A stretch of 64,000 nucleotides of DNA from the human T2T-CHM13v2.0 reference genome, Homo sapiens (GCF_009914755.1 NC_060930.1), one strand, 5' to 3'; positions 34,700 to 50,558 are shown, counted from the first letter of the stretch. The notes: a model not told the origin generated them from the letters alone. A program made the numbers and translations.

Positions 34700-35008
34700 T
34701 TTTATTTTATTTATTTTTATACTTTTGAGACTGAGTTTTGTTCTGTCACCCAGGCTGTAGTGCAATGGCGTGATCTCAACTCACTACATCCTCTGCCTCC
34801 CCGTTTCAAGTGATTCTCCTGCCTCAGCCTCCCAAGTAGCTGGGATTACAGGTGTGTACCACCACACCCAGCTAATTTTTGTATTTTTAGTAGAGATGAG
34901 GTTTCACCATATTGCCCAGGCTGGTTTTGAGCTCCTGACCTCAGGTGAGTCACCCACCTCAGCCTCCCAAAATGCTGGGGTTACAGGCATAAGCCACCAT
35001 GCCCAGCC
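34700..35008 (-). mobile_element. AluS (Sx/Sz-like)
   Basis: Full antisense dimer, cctgacctcaggtga, T-rich tail. Confidence 0.88.
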
Positions 35009-37239
35009 TAATTTTGTATTTTACATTTAGGTCTGTGATCCATTTTGAGTTAGTTTTAGTGAAGAATGCAAGGTCTGTTCCTAGATTCTTTTTTTTTTAG
35101 GGGGGGGAGCATGTTGTTCCAATGCCATTTGTTAAAAAGAATACCTTTTCTTCACTGCATTGCCTTTGCTCTTTTGTCAAATATTAGTTGATTGTATTTA
35201 TGTGGGTTTATTCCTGGTCTCTCTCTTTCGTTCCATTGTTTTATTTGTATGGTCTTTTGCCAACACTATACTGTGTAAATATAGTAAGGCACAAGGTCAG
35301 GTAGTTTTACTCTCTGACTTTATCATTATTGAGTTTGCTATTCTGGGCCTTTCGTTTGTTATCAAATAGGTTTATTGCTATCCACAAAATAAAATACTAG
35401 GATTTTGATTGCAGTTACATTGAATCTATAGATCAAGTTGAGAAGAACTGACATCTTGGCAATATTCAAATTCTGATGAACATGGCATACCTCTCCATTT
35501 ATCTAATTTTTTTTATCACTTTCATCATAAATTTCTAGTTTTCTTCATTAAGCTCTTATATATATATATTTTGTTATATTTACACCAAATGTAAATGATA
35601 ACGTGTTTGTAATTTAAAATTCCACTTGTTCATTGTTGCTATATAAGAAATTGACTGACTTTTATACACCAACCTTGTATCTTGCAACCTTGTCATAATT
35701 GTTTTTTAGCATCAGGTTTTTGCGTTTGGGTCAATTAGTTCAGATTTTCTACAGAGATGTTCATATTATCTGCTAGCAAAGCCTTATTTCTTGTTTCTCA
35801 ATCAGTATACATTTTTATTTCCTTTTCTTATTGCATAAGCTAGGATTTTCAGTAAAATGTTAAAAAGGAGTGGTGAGTGGGAACATTTTTTTCTCATACC
35901 TGATCTTAGTGAGAAATCTTGTAGGTTCTCACCATTAAGCATGATGTTAGCTGTTAGGTATTTTTGTAGATATTCCTTATTAAATTGAAAAAGTTCCCTT
36001 CTATTCCTAGCTTCCTGACAGTTTTAATCATAAAGGGTATTGAATTTTGTCAAATATTTTTTCTTCATGTGTTAATATGATAATGTGATTTTTCTTTAGC
36101 CTACTGATATGATATAAATTAAATATATTAATTGATTTTTAAAATGTTAAGCCAATCTTGCATACCTGGGATAGATAAATCCTACTTAATATGTTATTCT
36201 TTTAATATATAGTTGGATTTGATTTGATAATACTTTGTTGAGGATGTTTTATGTTAATAAAATAAATTAGTATGTAGTTTTCTGGTAATATCTTTGTCTG
36301 GTTTTGGTAGGAGGGTGACACTAGCCTCATAGAATGAGTTAGGAAGTATTCCCTCTGCTTCTATTTTCTGAAAGAGATTGTAGAGTATTGGTATAATTTC
36401 TTGCTTAAATATTGGTAGACTTCACCAGTAAACCCATTTAAATCTGGTGCTTTCTGTTCTTAAAGGTTATTTATTATTGATTTGTTTTCTTTTATAGATA
36501 TAGGCCTATTTAGATTGTCTATTCTTGTATGAGTTTTGCCAAACTGTGTCTTTCAAAGAATCTGGCCATTTCATCTAGGTTATTAAATTTACAAGCATAG
36601 TATTTTTCATAATGTTCCTTTATTAATTTATAACATTTATTAGACCTGTAATAATGTTCCCTCCTTCATTTCTGATATTAATAATTTGTATCCTCCCTCT
36701 TTTTTTCTTAGTCTAGCTAGAGGCTAGTTGATTTTATAGTTTTTTCAAGAATAAACTTTTGGTTTCATTGATTTTTCTGTATTAATTTTATTTGTTACTT
36801 CATTGATTTCTGCTGTAATACTTTTTATTTCAATACTTCATTTCTTCTCCTTTATAACTAATAAGAAAAAAATTGATAATAAAACAAGAAGAAATTGGCA
36901 AATCCACACTCATAGTGGAAGATTTCATACACTTCTCTCAAAAACCAACTAAACCAATGGAACTAACCCTAAAATAAGGATCTAGGAGAGTTGAACAACA
37001 AAACAACAGCAATATAGAATTATGCCTCCAAAAAAGGGAAAGCATATGTTATATCTACATAAGAGAAACCATATATTATATATACAAAATGCTTATCATC
37101 ATTTTTTGCCCTAATGGACATATTAACAAATACCAAATGACAACAACAAAGAAAACAGGCCAAACACATTCAACATAATGGAAAACAATGGAAATCAACA
37201 ACATAAATTGAGCTGAAATTCAAACCAAATCATACTTCC

Positions 37240-37672
37240 TGTACTCATTTCCCAGGGCTTCTATAACAAATTACCACAAACTAGGTGACTTCACAAAACA
37301 GAAATTTATTCTCTTACTATTCTAGAGCCTAGAAGTTTAAAATCAAGCTTTCTGCAATGCTGTGTTCCTTCTGAAGATGAGGGAAGAACTTTCTTCTTCT
37401 GTTTCTGGTAGCTCTAGGCATTCCATGGCTTGTGGTAGGATAACTCCAACCTCCGCTTCTGCTTTCACATAGCCTTTTCCTCTTCTCGCTTCATTTCTCC
37501 TCTCTGTGTCTCTTAAAAGGAATCTTGACATTGTATTTAGGGCTTATCCAGATAATACAGTATGATTTACCTTAAGATCTTTAATTTTATTTGCAAAGAT
37601 CCTTTTTCAAGAAAATATCACATTCACAGTTTCTAAGAATTAGGACATGGACATATCTTTTTGGGTGCCACC
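37240..37672 (-). mobile_element. MLT1-type MaLR solo LTR
   Basis: ataacaaattaccacaaactaggtgact...acagaaatttattctc...ttaggacatggacatatcttt. Confidence 0.8.
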
Positions 37673-39149
37673 ACTGAAATCACCATGTTCTCATTACCAG
37701 CACCTTCCTTTTATTTTGTCTTTTAAAAGCCCCATCCACATTCATTTGGTGAATGCAAATGAGCAGAATAAGCTCCAGCATACAAAGATAAGCTTCAATA
37801 ATATGTCACCTCTCACATCTAGCCAACTACCTTAACAGATTGTCAGTCTTGTTCATAGTCACTCAATGCATAGGCCTCAATTATTGTACAATCTGTGGCC
37901 CAAGTGATTCAGAAATATTGTCTGCCTCTCATTTCCACAAAAAAGTGGTAACTTTAGCCCATGAGCTATGAACAAAATGAAAGTTGCCATTTAGGCTAGC
38001 CATTAGAAAACACTGCATTATATCTTTTCACCAGATTACCCAGGTGGAATTTTCAAGGAAAACTTGGAAATTAGTTTAAGTCCAACTCTCATTTTCAGAA
38101 AAAAAAAAAAATCCAGTCATTTATTTCAGAATTGCCCATCACTCATGCAGAAATCAGAGAGGATTAGCTAAGCATTATTTTCTTCTCCTAAAATGCCCTT
38201 GAAAAAAATAATTATATCCTTTTTTTTTTTTTTTGCACAGTAACCTAGTTCCTGATTTCTTTCCTTTTGACAACCACTTCTCCCTTTCTTCACTTCTCCC
38301 TGGTTTAAACCATACTCTCCCATGGCAAGATTTGTTTTTGTAATACATAAAGTAATAGGGCAACCCCATTTGCTGCAAACCCTCAGCTTAACCACTGTTG
38401 GGTCCTCTACCTTGCACAGAAATGTGTTAGAAGATTTAAAGTTATACCAATAGCGTCTTTTGCTGAAACATCCCCTTCAGCCAGGACCTAAGAATTCAAC
38501 CCAAACTCTGGTAGCACAGGATTTGGTAACACAAAAGAAACATTTTAAGAAATAAGAAAGTCAAAGAGTTGTGTTATAGCATTAATCCCACCCTCTGTTT
38601 CCCACCCTAAGAAACTTTCCAAGGAGACCCCCTCCCACTTTTTTCATTTTCACATATTTATCAGATTGTGCAAGCCAACACATTTCTCTTTCTCCATATT
38701 TTTGGCATTAAATATCTTAACTTCACATTTAAAGTTTCTATAAACCCACCACTCTGAGGTGATAAGCAATGTGATACTTACAAGCAATGTTGCCTCTTCT
38801 TAGACCATCCCTGAGTATTAGTCACTTGTGAAATGGGTGTCTTAATCCAAGTAAGTAAAAATGAATGCTCCAGAGTGAAATGCCACGTTTTTCCAATCTA
38901 ATCCTTTAATAATATTTTATCTCCATCAATTTTCTATTTTTCTATTTCTCAATCTACTTATTTAAAATTTGAATTTTCCTTGTTGTAGCAGTAGAAACAT
39001 CACATTGAAATAACATTGAAGACGGACTTATTTATTCTGGAAATATCTTTAATGTGCCTTTTCAGTTCTGTAGATATAAAACAATGTCAAAGATATTCTG
39101 AAAGAGAAAGCATATCAAGACATTCCTTGCCTTTGAAAAACCATGGGAA

Positions 39150-39300
39150 GGCCAAGCACATGACTCATACCTGGAATCCCAGCACTTTGGGAAGTCAAGG
39201 CAGGAGAATTGTTTCATCTCAGGAGTTCAAGAACAGCTTGGGCAACATAGGGAGATCTCAGCTCTACTTTAAAAAAAAAAAAGAAAGAAAGAAAAAGAAA
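39150..39300 (+). mobile_element. Alu monomer (FLAM_C-like)
   Basis: Single left arm followed by an A-rich tail. Confidence 0.8.
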
Positions 39301-40034
39301 AGGCATAGGATTACTTATGGTAGTGAAAAAAATGAGACAAATCCCTTTTCCTCTACATCTCTGTGTATATGCACCTTTATCTGGGATTACTTTCAAATGA
39401 TATGGTTGAGGCCTGTTCCCTTTGAGGTTCAATGCTTTAGAACATTTCTAAGGGAAGATAGCGAAACAGGACAAAAGCTCTCTCCACTTCCCCAAAGAAA
39501 CTTATTATAAGAAAGAAATAAATCTGTCTGGTCCTCTGGATGCAGTTCTAGGTTATGGTCTTCTATAGATGACAGCTTCTTACAAGGACTCTAGATCCCT
39601 TTGGAACTTATTACAACTAACTTATGCTGTATAACTATTAGGGTAAATGACTGTGTATTCATTGTGTATAGGGCAAAGGAGCCGAGTCTACCTTGTTGTG
39701 TGACATGACTGGGTTTCATTTTGTATGTATGTGTTTGTGTGCCATGAAGCTAAAGGATTGTACAACCCATGTTTTTGTGTTATAATCAATAAATGAGCAA
39801 AAGGAGAGAAGACTTGCCTGCAGACAGGAAGTGCTGAAAACTTGTTCAAGAGAAATTTGAATAGATTGAATGAAGACAAATTATGCAGAACCAAGGGAAG
39901 AGAAGAGAAAGTTTCAGATTGATGAGGCAGCAACTGAAGGCAGCAAAGTTTGTTAAAGTGTATAATACACCATTAAGGTGTGTTTAGGAAAGATTGTCTT
40001 TGGTGCGACACAAAGATTCTTGAGAAAAGAAGAT

Positions 40035-40180
40035 AAATTACTTAATTTCTGTGCACCTTAACGTTCTTATCTGTAAAATATGGTGAGTAATAATAGCCAA
40101 CACATTCATAAGGTTTTGGTGAGAAATAAGTGAATTAATATATTTAGATCACATAGTAAAGTGTTCAATAATGTTATCAG
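40035..40180 (+). mobile_element. MIR fragment
   Basis: ttacttaatttctgtgcacct...ttatctgtaaaat core. Confidence 0.6.
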
Positions 40181-40311
40181 TACCACCCACAACCATCTGC
40201 ACCATCCTAACCAAAACCATAATTTTTTGGCTTTCCAAAAAAGTACGTGGTAAAATAAAAGATGCCTAAAACAAAGAAATAGATGTTTATTTCTAACATC
40301 TATTTTTATGC

Positions 40312-40374
40312 TTTTTAACATGTTTTTGCTCCTTAAAATTTTTTTTTAACATGTTTATGCTCCTTAAAATTTTT
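40312..40374. repeat. 31-bp tandem duplication
   Basis: tttttaacatgttt(t/a)tgctccttaaaatttt, two copies. Confidence 0.85.
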
Positions 40375-40820
40375 CATAGGTGATGCTGCCAATTTTTATA
40401 TTGTGGCTGGAGCAGGAGGTGTTAGACAGGACAGCATGGTGATGTGAGCTGCAATTTGTTTGAAACAGATGAATTTTCACATAGACCTATGTTCACATGT
40501 ATGCATGGAAATACAGTCTGAAATTAAATTATATTTAATTACCTATCGTAAGGCATGTTATTCATACCTCTTTTCTCTGACAATGTCCTAGAGATTTATT
40601 TTTTTTCCTTTAAAATGTAAAGGTGTCTGAAAATACATCTAAGTCACTATTAATAGATCATTTTAATTCTTATTTCCTCCTATGATTTTGCATTCACATA
40701 ACATATCACTTAACTGAGATACAAAAAAGTTGGGAATTAATCTTAAAATAAAAAATGAATGAACCTGGAGTTTTCATTGTGCTAAATCTAAATAATATTC
40801 AGATACTCAGATGGACATCT

Positions 40821-40864
40821 TGTGTGTGTGTGTGTGTTTGTATCTGTGTGTCTGTGTGTGTGTA
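40821..40864. repeat. Interrupted (TG)n microsatellite
   Basis: Directly visible. Confidence 0.9.
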
Positions 40865-42334
40865 TACAATGCTCTTCTTTCCTTAAATTATAACACTAAT
40901 GTTACTTTTCCATAAAATACTTCATATGTAAAGAAATACTTAAAATTATTCTATGTTATTTGTTTTTGTAGCAGAAGTTATGGAGATTTTCCTTTTTTTC
41001 TACATATTCATTTACTTACAGTAATAAAATGTCTCTCCCTCAATTTTATCCAAATTATTTATTTAAAAATTAATATATTTTGCTTTTGTAATTGGTTAGT
41101 GTAAATTAACAGAAATTCAAAAACATTAGTATATTTCCATATTCTTCATTATTATTAACCGCACAGCATAAATATAATGGAATAATGCATTTTTAGGAGC
41201 ACAGAAATTAGCCCTACCAGCCAATACCATTCTTCAGTCAAGCTCAACAGACCTTATTACCTAGATTTGTCTCTGTACCTTGAGGCATATTATAAGCCAC
41301 ATGAGCAGATGATTGAATAGGAAAAAAAAATCTCCATTAAGAAAAAAATTGAGATTTTTGATTCGACTGCCTGTCCATTAGTGACATAAAGTGCTGACAA
41401 GCAGAACAAACAGTGAGCAATGTAATGTCAAGGCCTCCAGTGAAATGAAGTTTCATAACTTCACTAGAGTTGATGGATGGGTAATAATGACATTTTCAAG
41501 TGTAAGAATATACTCTATTAGGAACATCATATAATTTTTCTGCACAAAGTAGTTGTTACAGCTTGGTTGCTCAGGGAAGATGACTCTATAGAGCAAGAAA
41601 ACAGTCATGCGCTTATAAATATTTAATCAGGTTAATATTCTGGTGTTCTTTACCATGCCAAAGAACGTCACTTATTTAAAGCATAATAGTTTAGAATAGA
41701 ATTGTCTTAGACAGTGAAAAGATGATAGAGAATTCTACAATATCAAATACTCAAATATTTGACATTAACAACATTGTAAATCTGACATGAACAATTTAGC
41801 AATTTACAGGGAAACTTTGCAAAAATGCATTACTGAGGGTGTTATCTGAATAGTAAATAATGCTTTATGGCTTTGTAAAATGCAATCTACCTTACTCTTT
41901 ATAGATTATATCAAATATATAAATACCATCTTTCAACCAGTCAGTTGAGAAGGAACTGTATATTGCTAATGTATGTCTTATCCAAAACAGAAGAACAAAG
42001 AAACAAACAGGTTATAGTAACACGAAGAAAAAATTGCATGATTTTACCAGCTATATGTTCGTGTTTACACCATTTAGGCTTCAAGGATAAATCAGGGAAT
42101 CTTGTTCTTTTAGAAAGCAAGGAAGTCTTGCTGCATCGAAACTCACCTCAGGGTACACAGAATCACAATTTTTAAAAACTATTCCTAAAAAGCATAGAAT
42201 ATCTATGTTTGAATGTTACATGGCTATTCAGAACTTTCTGGAATTATAATTTTCAGTAAGCAGATAGATATTTCAATAATATCTGCATTAAAAAAACCAT
42301 TCAATTGGGAATTTTCATTACAGTTTTAATGACA

Positions 42335-43890
42335 CTGTTCAGGGCAAGAATTTTATGAATAAGATCTGAAAACGAAAGCAAAAATAGACAAATGGGATGA
42401 CATCAAACTAAAAAGCAGTGTGCAGAAAAAAAAAGAATCAACAGAGAGAAGAGACAACCTACAGAAAAGGAGCAAATATTCTCAAACTATGCATTTGACA
42501 AGAGGTTATATTAATGCAATAATATCCAGAATATATAAGCAACTTAACTCAATAGCAAAATAATAACACAAATAATAATCTAATTAAAATGGATTATCTA
42601 GGTGCATAAGATCTGAATAGATAGTTCTCAAAAGAAGATACACAAATGGCCAACAGGTACATGGAAAAATATTTGACATCACTAATCATCAGAGAAATGC
42701 AAAACAAAACCACAATTAAATATCACCTCACTCCAGATAAAGTGGCTACTACTAAAAAGACAAAAAATAACAAATACTGATGAGGATATGAAGAAAGGAA
42801 AACTCTTATACACTGTTGACTGGAATGTAAATTAATACAGCCATTATGGACAACAATATGGAGATTTGTCAATAAATTAAAAATAGAACTACCTTATGAT
42901 CCAACAATTCCATTACTGGATACATATCCAAAATAAATGAAATCAGTAAGTCGAAGAGTTATCTGCACTCCCACGTTTACTGCAGTACTATTCACAATAG
43001 CCAAGATGTGGAATCAACCTTTGTGTCCATCAATGGATAAATAGATTAAAAATGTACCATAAAAAAGAACAAAATATTTCCATTTGCAACAAGATGAATG
43101 AACCTAGAGCAGTGGTCTCCAACATTTTTGGCACCAAGTACCAGTTTTGTGAAAGACAATTTTTCCATGAGGTCGGGGAGCGGGGCGGACAGTTTCATGA
43201 TGAAGCTGTTCTACCTCAGATTATCAGGCATTAGTTACATTCTCATAAGGAGTACACAACCTAGATCCCTCACATGTGCAGTTCACAATAGGGTTCCTGC
43301 TCCTATGAGAACCTAATGCCTCTGCTGATCTGACATGAGGCGGAGCTCAGGAGGTAATGTTCCCTTGCCCTCTGTTCATCTCCTGCTGTGTGGCCCCTAA
43401 CAGACCACAACCAGTAGCAGTCTGCGTCCCAGCAGTTGGGGTACCCCTGACCTAGAGGACATTACGTTAAATGAAATAAGCTAAACACAGAAGGACAAAA
43501 AACAACATGTCTCCCTCATATGTAAAAAAGTTGATCTCATAGAAGTAAAGAGTAGAATAGTTGTTACCAGAGGCTAGGAAGAGTAGGGAGAAGAGAAGGA
43601 TGTGGAGAGATTGGTACAAAGTTACAGTCAGATAGAACAGAAAACTCTGGTATTCTCTTGCACTGTAGGGTGACTATAGTCAATTATAATGTTCAGTATA
43701 CTTTTAAAAAGCTAGAAGGGAGGATTTTGAATGTTTTCACCACAAAGAAATGACAAATGTTTAAGATGATAAATATGCTAATTATCCTGATTGGATCATT
43801 ATGCAATGTATATATGTATCAAAACGTCACAGTGTACCTCATAAATATGTACAACTGTATGTCAATTAAAAACAAAATAAAACTTTTTAA
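42335..43890 (+). mobile_element. L1MA-type 3' portion, interrupted by MER1
   Basis: ORF2 C-terminal and 3' UTR motifs (gtagggtgactatagtcaa; gctaattatcctgattggatcatt). Confidence 0.82.
43110..43449 (+). mobile_element. MER1B-like hAT/Charlie non-autonomous DNA transposon
   Basis: 340 bp; imperfect TIRs cagtggtctccaac...gttggggtacccctg; 8-bp TSD acctagag at 43102-43109 and 43450-43457. Confidence 0.9.
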
Positions 43891-45992
43891 AAAGTTAAGT
43901 GAAACTCTCAGAAAACATTAGGTAACATGCTATGTATTTTAGAAGCTATATAACTCAGTTAAGTCTTACTGCCGCAAAATAGCATTTTTATAATTTATAA
44001 ACTTTTATCTTCTAAAAAATGTTTTATTTAACCTTAAAATTGAAAGAATATTTTTGTGGATGTTTTTCTAGAGTTGAGGTTGCTCAATCACTCCTTTAGT
44101 CTTAAGCTAAGGAAAAATAAAGGTCATTCAAAGATTTTAAATTACTTTTTCCTTCCTTCTTTCTTTCTTTCCTTTCATATTTCCCTATTCGCTTTCTTTA
44201 TTTTTTCTTTCATCTTTGATTACTGCTTTCTATCATAGGTACAACATTCATTAAATAATGCCCTCATTACATTTGAAATGAGGGAGAAAAAGCTATCAAT
44301 GATACCTTTGAGTTTTACATGCATTATTCTATTCTGTATTTACAAATGGTAGCTTCATATTAAGGTTTGGGATCTTCTGTAATTTAAATGTTCATTATAT
44401 ACTGATCCAATAATTTTGTATAACCCTTGTATCTATTTTTCTCTATTACAGAGCATGCCAACAATGAAGGATTTCTCAGCGTGAACAATATTCTCAGGAG
44501 GAATTCAGGGCTGGAATTGCCAGGAGTGTTGCAGGCAAAGCTTTCATTGAGAGGGAAATGAAGCCAAAGCTCCATTGCCTAAGTAAATTAATTGATTTAG
44601 GATATGAGAAAGAAAAGAAAGGGAAAATTCTGTTAATACCGACTATTTAACTCCATCTGGAAGAGATGGTTTGAGGCAGCAAGTGTTTGAGAGTTTCCAT
44701 CATAGGTGTTCTTCTCGTTCTTATCTCTACCCAGAGTGATTAGTGTTAACTGCTCTGGGGTATGCAACTGGTTTCTCCCTGCTCAGGCCATCACATATGT
44801 TTACAATTTTTGTTGCTGAAACATCAAACTCTGTTCCTTAGCAGGCCCCCTGGACTAACTTCTTAGTGATATCTGTAGCACTTCTGTAGAAATAGCAAAT
44901 TGAATCTAGAGTTAATTTTTGAAATGATATGAAAATAAAAAGTACACCTTGGAGAAATCTATCTTCTAAAAATCTACTGGTATTGACCACATGTCTGTTG
45001 ATGTCTCTTTCACTATCAGCTGTTTTCCTATGTCAACTATAAAATACCTTTAAACGCTTTAAGAGCTATTCAGCAGTTGAAATTGCAGGACATTACATGA
45101 CACTTGTGAAAAATCTCTATTTTGTGAAAAGTTAGGTGTAAAATATAATCTTCCAGAACTGTTTGATAGATATCTCTGTATATATAGGCATAAGACTTTG
45201 AAATTCCTCATTCAAATATTCAGTTCATTATGAGAAAAAAAAGTTAATCATTTTTCTACATGAGAGCATGATGAGATGTATGTAGATACAATTCTGTATT
45301 TATCAAAACAAAATATCATATCGGTCTAAACTCTAAGTTGCATTTAAAGAGAGTAAATTCAAACCTTCTCAAAGGGAAAATGGAAAATAACAGCTCACAT
45401 GATTCAAAAGTCCAGGGGTATGTATCTGGCTCAGCTCACTAAAGGTGCTCATTGGATATCTCTCTCTCATGTTTTCTTTTTGAAATGTCTTCCAGGACTT
45501 ACAGAGTTTTCTTTGTTCGGTGTTTTATAGTAAGTTATAATTGTTTACTATACAGATGCTAAAGTTTTCATGTTTTCTTATATAAAAACATTCCTATGGC
45601 TTAAAAGTAAAAAAAATATGAAAAGTACTCAGAGAACTCTCACTTGCACCACTGTATTCTTCTACGAGTTCCAATCTATCGTCCCCTTTCATCACCATGT
45701 TGACTGGTATTATTCACTTCCTTCAGATTTTCAGATTAATTTGCATAAAATGGCATAAAGTAGACTTTTGGAATTTTTTTAGTTTCTGTATTTCAAATGT
45801 TATTATCTCCTTTTCTCATTGCTTGCTTTCGTTCCTCTTTTTTGACTAGTGTAAATAGTAAGTGTCTCACTGATTTTTTTCAAAGAGCCAGCCTTTGTAT
45901 TTATGCATTTTTTCTGTTTCTATGTTTTCAAATTCTTGACTCAGATTTTTAATTCTTATGTATGCCTACTTCGTTCGCTTTGTCCTTTTTCT

Positions 45993-47084
45993 TTTTTTAT
46001 TATACTTTAAGTTCTATGGTACATGTGCACAACATGCAGGTTTGTTATATATGGTACATGTGCCATGTTGGTGTGCTGCACCCATTAACTCCTCATTTAC
46101 ATTAGGTATATCTCCTAATGCTATCCCTCCCCACTCCCAATAAATGGTGCTGGGAAAACTGGCTAGCCATACGTAGAAAGCTGAAACTGGATCCCCTCCT
46201 TACATGTTATACAAAAATTAATTCAAGAAGGATTAAAGACTTAAGTGTTAGACCTAAAACCATAAAAACCCTAGAAGAAAACCTAGGCAATACCATTCAG
46301 GACATAAGCATGGAGAAGGACTTCATGTCTAAAACACCAAAAGCAATGGCAACAAAAGCCAAAAGAGACAAATGGGATCTAATTAAACTAAAGAGCTTCT
46401 GCACAGCAAAAGAAACTACCATCAGAATGAATAGGCAACCTACAGAATGGGAGAAAATTTTTACAACCTACCCATCTGACAAAGGGCAAATATCCAGAAT
46501 CTACAAAGAACTCAAACAAATTTACAAGAAAAAATCAAACAACCCCATCAAAATGTGGGCAAAGGATATGAACGGACACTTCTCAAAAGAAGACATTTAT
46601 GCAGCCAACAGACACATGAAAAAATGCTCATCATCACTGGCCATCAGAGAAATGCAAATCAAAACCACAATGAGATACCATCTCACACCAGTTAGAATGG
46701 CAATCATTAAAAAGTCAGGAAACAACAGGTGCTGGAGAGGATGTGGAGAAATAGGAACACTTTTACACTGTTGGTGGGACTGTAAACTACTTCAAGCATT
46801 GTGGAAGACAGTGTGACGATTCCTCAAGGATCTAGAACTAGAAATACCATTTGACCCAGCCATCCCATTACTGGGTATATACCCAAAGGATTATAAATCA
46901 TGCTGCTATAGACACATGCACATGTTATTTTTATTGCAGCACTGTTCACAATAGCAAAGACTTGGAACCAACCCAAATGTCCATCAATGACAGACTGGAT
47001 TAAGAAAATGTGGCACATACACACATGGAGTACTATGCAGCCATAAAAAGGATGAGTTCATGTCCTTTGTAGGGACATGGAGGA
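45993..47084 (-). mobile_element. Twin-primed L1PA: ~145-bp 3' end on minus (45993-46138), inverted ORF2 C-terminal part on plus (46139-47084)
   Basis: Strand switch at ccccactccc|aataaatggtgctggg; perfect 17-bp TSD cgctttgtcctttttct at 45976-45992 and 47085-47101. Confidence 0.93.
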
Positions 47085-49164
47085 CGCTTTGTCCTTTTTC
47101 TAACTTTTTGAATTATATGTTTAATATGTCTATTTTGGGTCTTTTTCATCTTTATTAATATAATTACATAAACTTACTGATTTTTCTATGATCATTGCTC
47201 TAGATACTGCATAGATTTTGATATATAAGAAGGGCATGATAATTATGTTCTAGAAATTTTGTAAGCTAAGTTTGTACTTCTCCTTTGAACCAAAAATGTT
47301 TAATGGAAAACTGTTTTTTAACTAACAGATGTAAGTATCTTTTTTATCTTGTTATTAATTTCTAGTTTTATTACATTACAATTAGACGGTTTTTGTATAA
47401 TTTCCATATTACAGACCTTATTGAAGTTCTCTTTATTTCGTGGGAGGCACATAGGAAATTAAATAGAATATATTTTTACAGTATTTCGTGAGAACTTGAA
47501 TGCAGTGTACCTATTATCTTTCTGTTGCGGAACAATGTATGCATGTGTCTTCATAAAAAATCTGCCTTACTATGTTACTTAGGTCTTTTGAGTGCTCAAT
47601 TACTTTTATATACCCGTTGTATCTTCTAAGATTGACAGTTATTTCAAAGTCCTATCTTATTTGTTTCTGTTTTTCCTAGCATCTCCATTGGTTTCAATGT
47701 TATCAAGATGGCCACTGTGTGAATATATTTATAAATCTTAATTTTTCATTGTGAAATGTAGCCCTTTGTGCATTATAAAGAATTCTTCACCTTATGTAAC
47801 GTTCTTTATGTTGAATTCATTCTGACAGATACCAAGATCACAAGCCCTGGTTACATTTTGTCTCATTTTCAGGTGACCTTGGCTCATTTCTTCATTTTCA
47901 GCCTTTGAAATCACTTTTTAAATACATAATTGTATAAAGCATACAACTGAATTTGGATTTGACCCAATTTGAAGGCTTTTCTTTAGTAGGTTTGTTAGGC
48001 CAATTATATGTATTATATAATGCATCTGCTTGTCCTCAAGTTTTGTTATCTTTTGTTTTATCATGTGATATTTATTGTGGCTCTTTCACTTTTTTTTTGT
48101 AGTTTGTTTTTGCTTAATGTTTGTTTTAATTTTGCTGTAAATGCATTTAGTTTTGTTTTAATTTCTTCTGGTAATTATGAACGTTACTATTTTTATTTTA
48201 GTAGCTATTTTTATTCTAGTGTCCTTATAGAATGCTTTTTTCTTTACCTCTCTTCTTTACTTAGACCTCTATATGTTTTCTCAACTTTAAAGTACGTACT
48301 TTAATTTCCATCATCTTTTATCCCAAAGACAATAAAATATCTAATGCTTTTTTCACTTTTGTCTCTTTCTTCTTTTCCCATGTTTTTAGTTGCAATATTT
48401 CTATTTTGTTAGCCTCTATAACAAATAACATATTCTCCCACGTGTATATCCACATGTGTTTTAGTCTTAGGTTCTCAATTCAACATTATTTAATACTTAT
48501 CACCAACTCTTTTGCTGCAGTTCCCTTAACTGTATCTTGGTTGGAGGAGGGTCATTTCTTATTGTGCTACTAGCTCTGCATATTTTGACATTTTGTTTGG
48601 GATATTTGTTGGATGAAAATCATATTATCTATTTGCTTTTATTTTTCTACTTCCCAGTAGCCCCTACTCTACCACTGGGTCTCAAATTTGTTTCTAGTAT
48701 TGCCATCTAGGATTGAATCTTCCCTTGGGGGTAAATCCAAATTAATATTATTTACATTATATTATTACTCAGATTCTGCTGCAGTCTTCTTCTGGTCAGT
48801 CCCTAAGAAGAAATGTTATTTTAAAGATTGTCTTTTTATTCTGTAAAATTCAGTCTTCCTTAACCTATAACACTCCTAACCTTAATATGAAAGTATCTGT
48901 TACAAAGACTTCCTTTTACCATAAAGTTTACAAAGATTTTAATTAACACAAGAAGAAAATAGAAAGCATTAAAACTGCGATCATTTAAATTCAAAGTTGT
49001 GTAAATATGGTTATTTTACAATATAAAATTTGATACTTTTAACAATAATTCATTTCCAAAGTACTCTCAGTGTTTCTGGCACCACCTGTTTACCTCAGGG
49101 AAGAAAAATCCACATTTTCTTTGTGTTTAAGTGGACACCACAATGATTTAAAGTGTGTCACAGG

Positions 49165-49307
49165 AGCCAGGCATGGTGGTAACAGCCTATAATCCTAGCT
49201 ACTTGGGAGGCTGAGGTGGGAGAATTACTTAAACCAGGAGTTTGAGAACAGCCTGTGCAATATAGTGAGACCCTGTCTCTAAAAAAATAAAATAAAATAA
49301 AATAAAA
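49165..49307 (+). mobile_element. Alu monomer (FLAM_A-like)
   Basis: Monomer with (TAAAA)n tail, flanked by gtgtgtcaca direct repeats. Confidence 0.8.
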
Positions 49308-49362
49308 TGTGTGTCACAAAGACAACATTTTAATATCCCAATTTGTATTTACAAATGCTTTA

Positions 49363-49977
<615 letters not shown>

Positions 49978-50141
49978 CTAACGGAGATGGCCCTGGTAGA
50001 GACCTTTGGGGGTCTGGGACCTCTGGAGTCCCCATGCTCTAACTCCCACACTCTGCTATCAGAAACTGAAACTTGAGGGTTTTCTCTGTTTTTCACTCGC
50101 AATAAATTCAGAGCAAACAAAAGATGTGGAATCTGAGAGAT

Positions 50142-50558
<417 letters not shown>

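Noticed and set aside
39016-39510. 164-aa ORF
   Set aside because: Runs through an Alu monomer and its A tail; no coding signature
44452-44582. Plus-strand exon after a strong acceptor (ttttctctattacag)
   Set aside because: No convincing donor or partner exon; peptide not recognised
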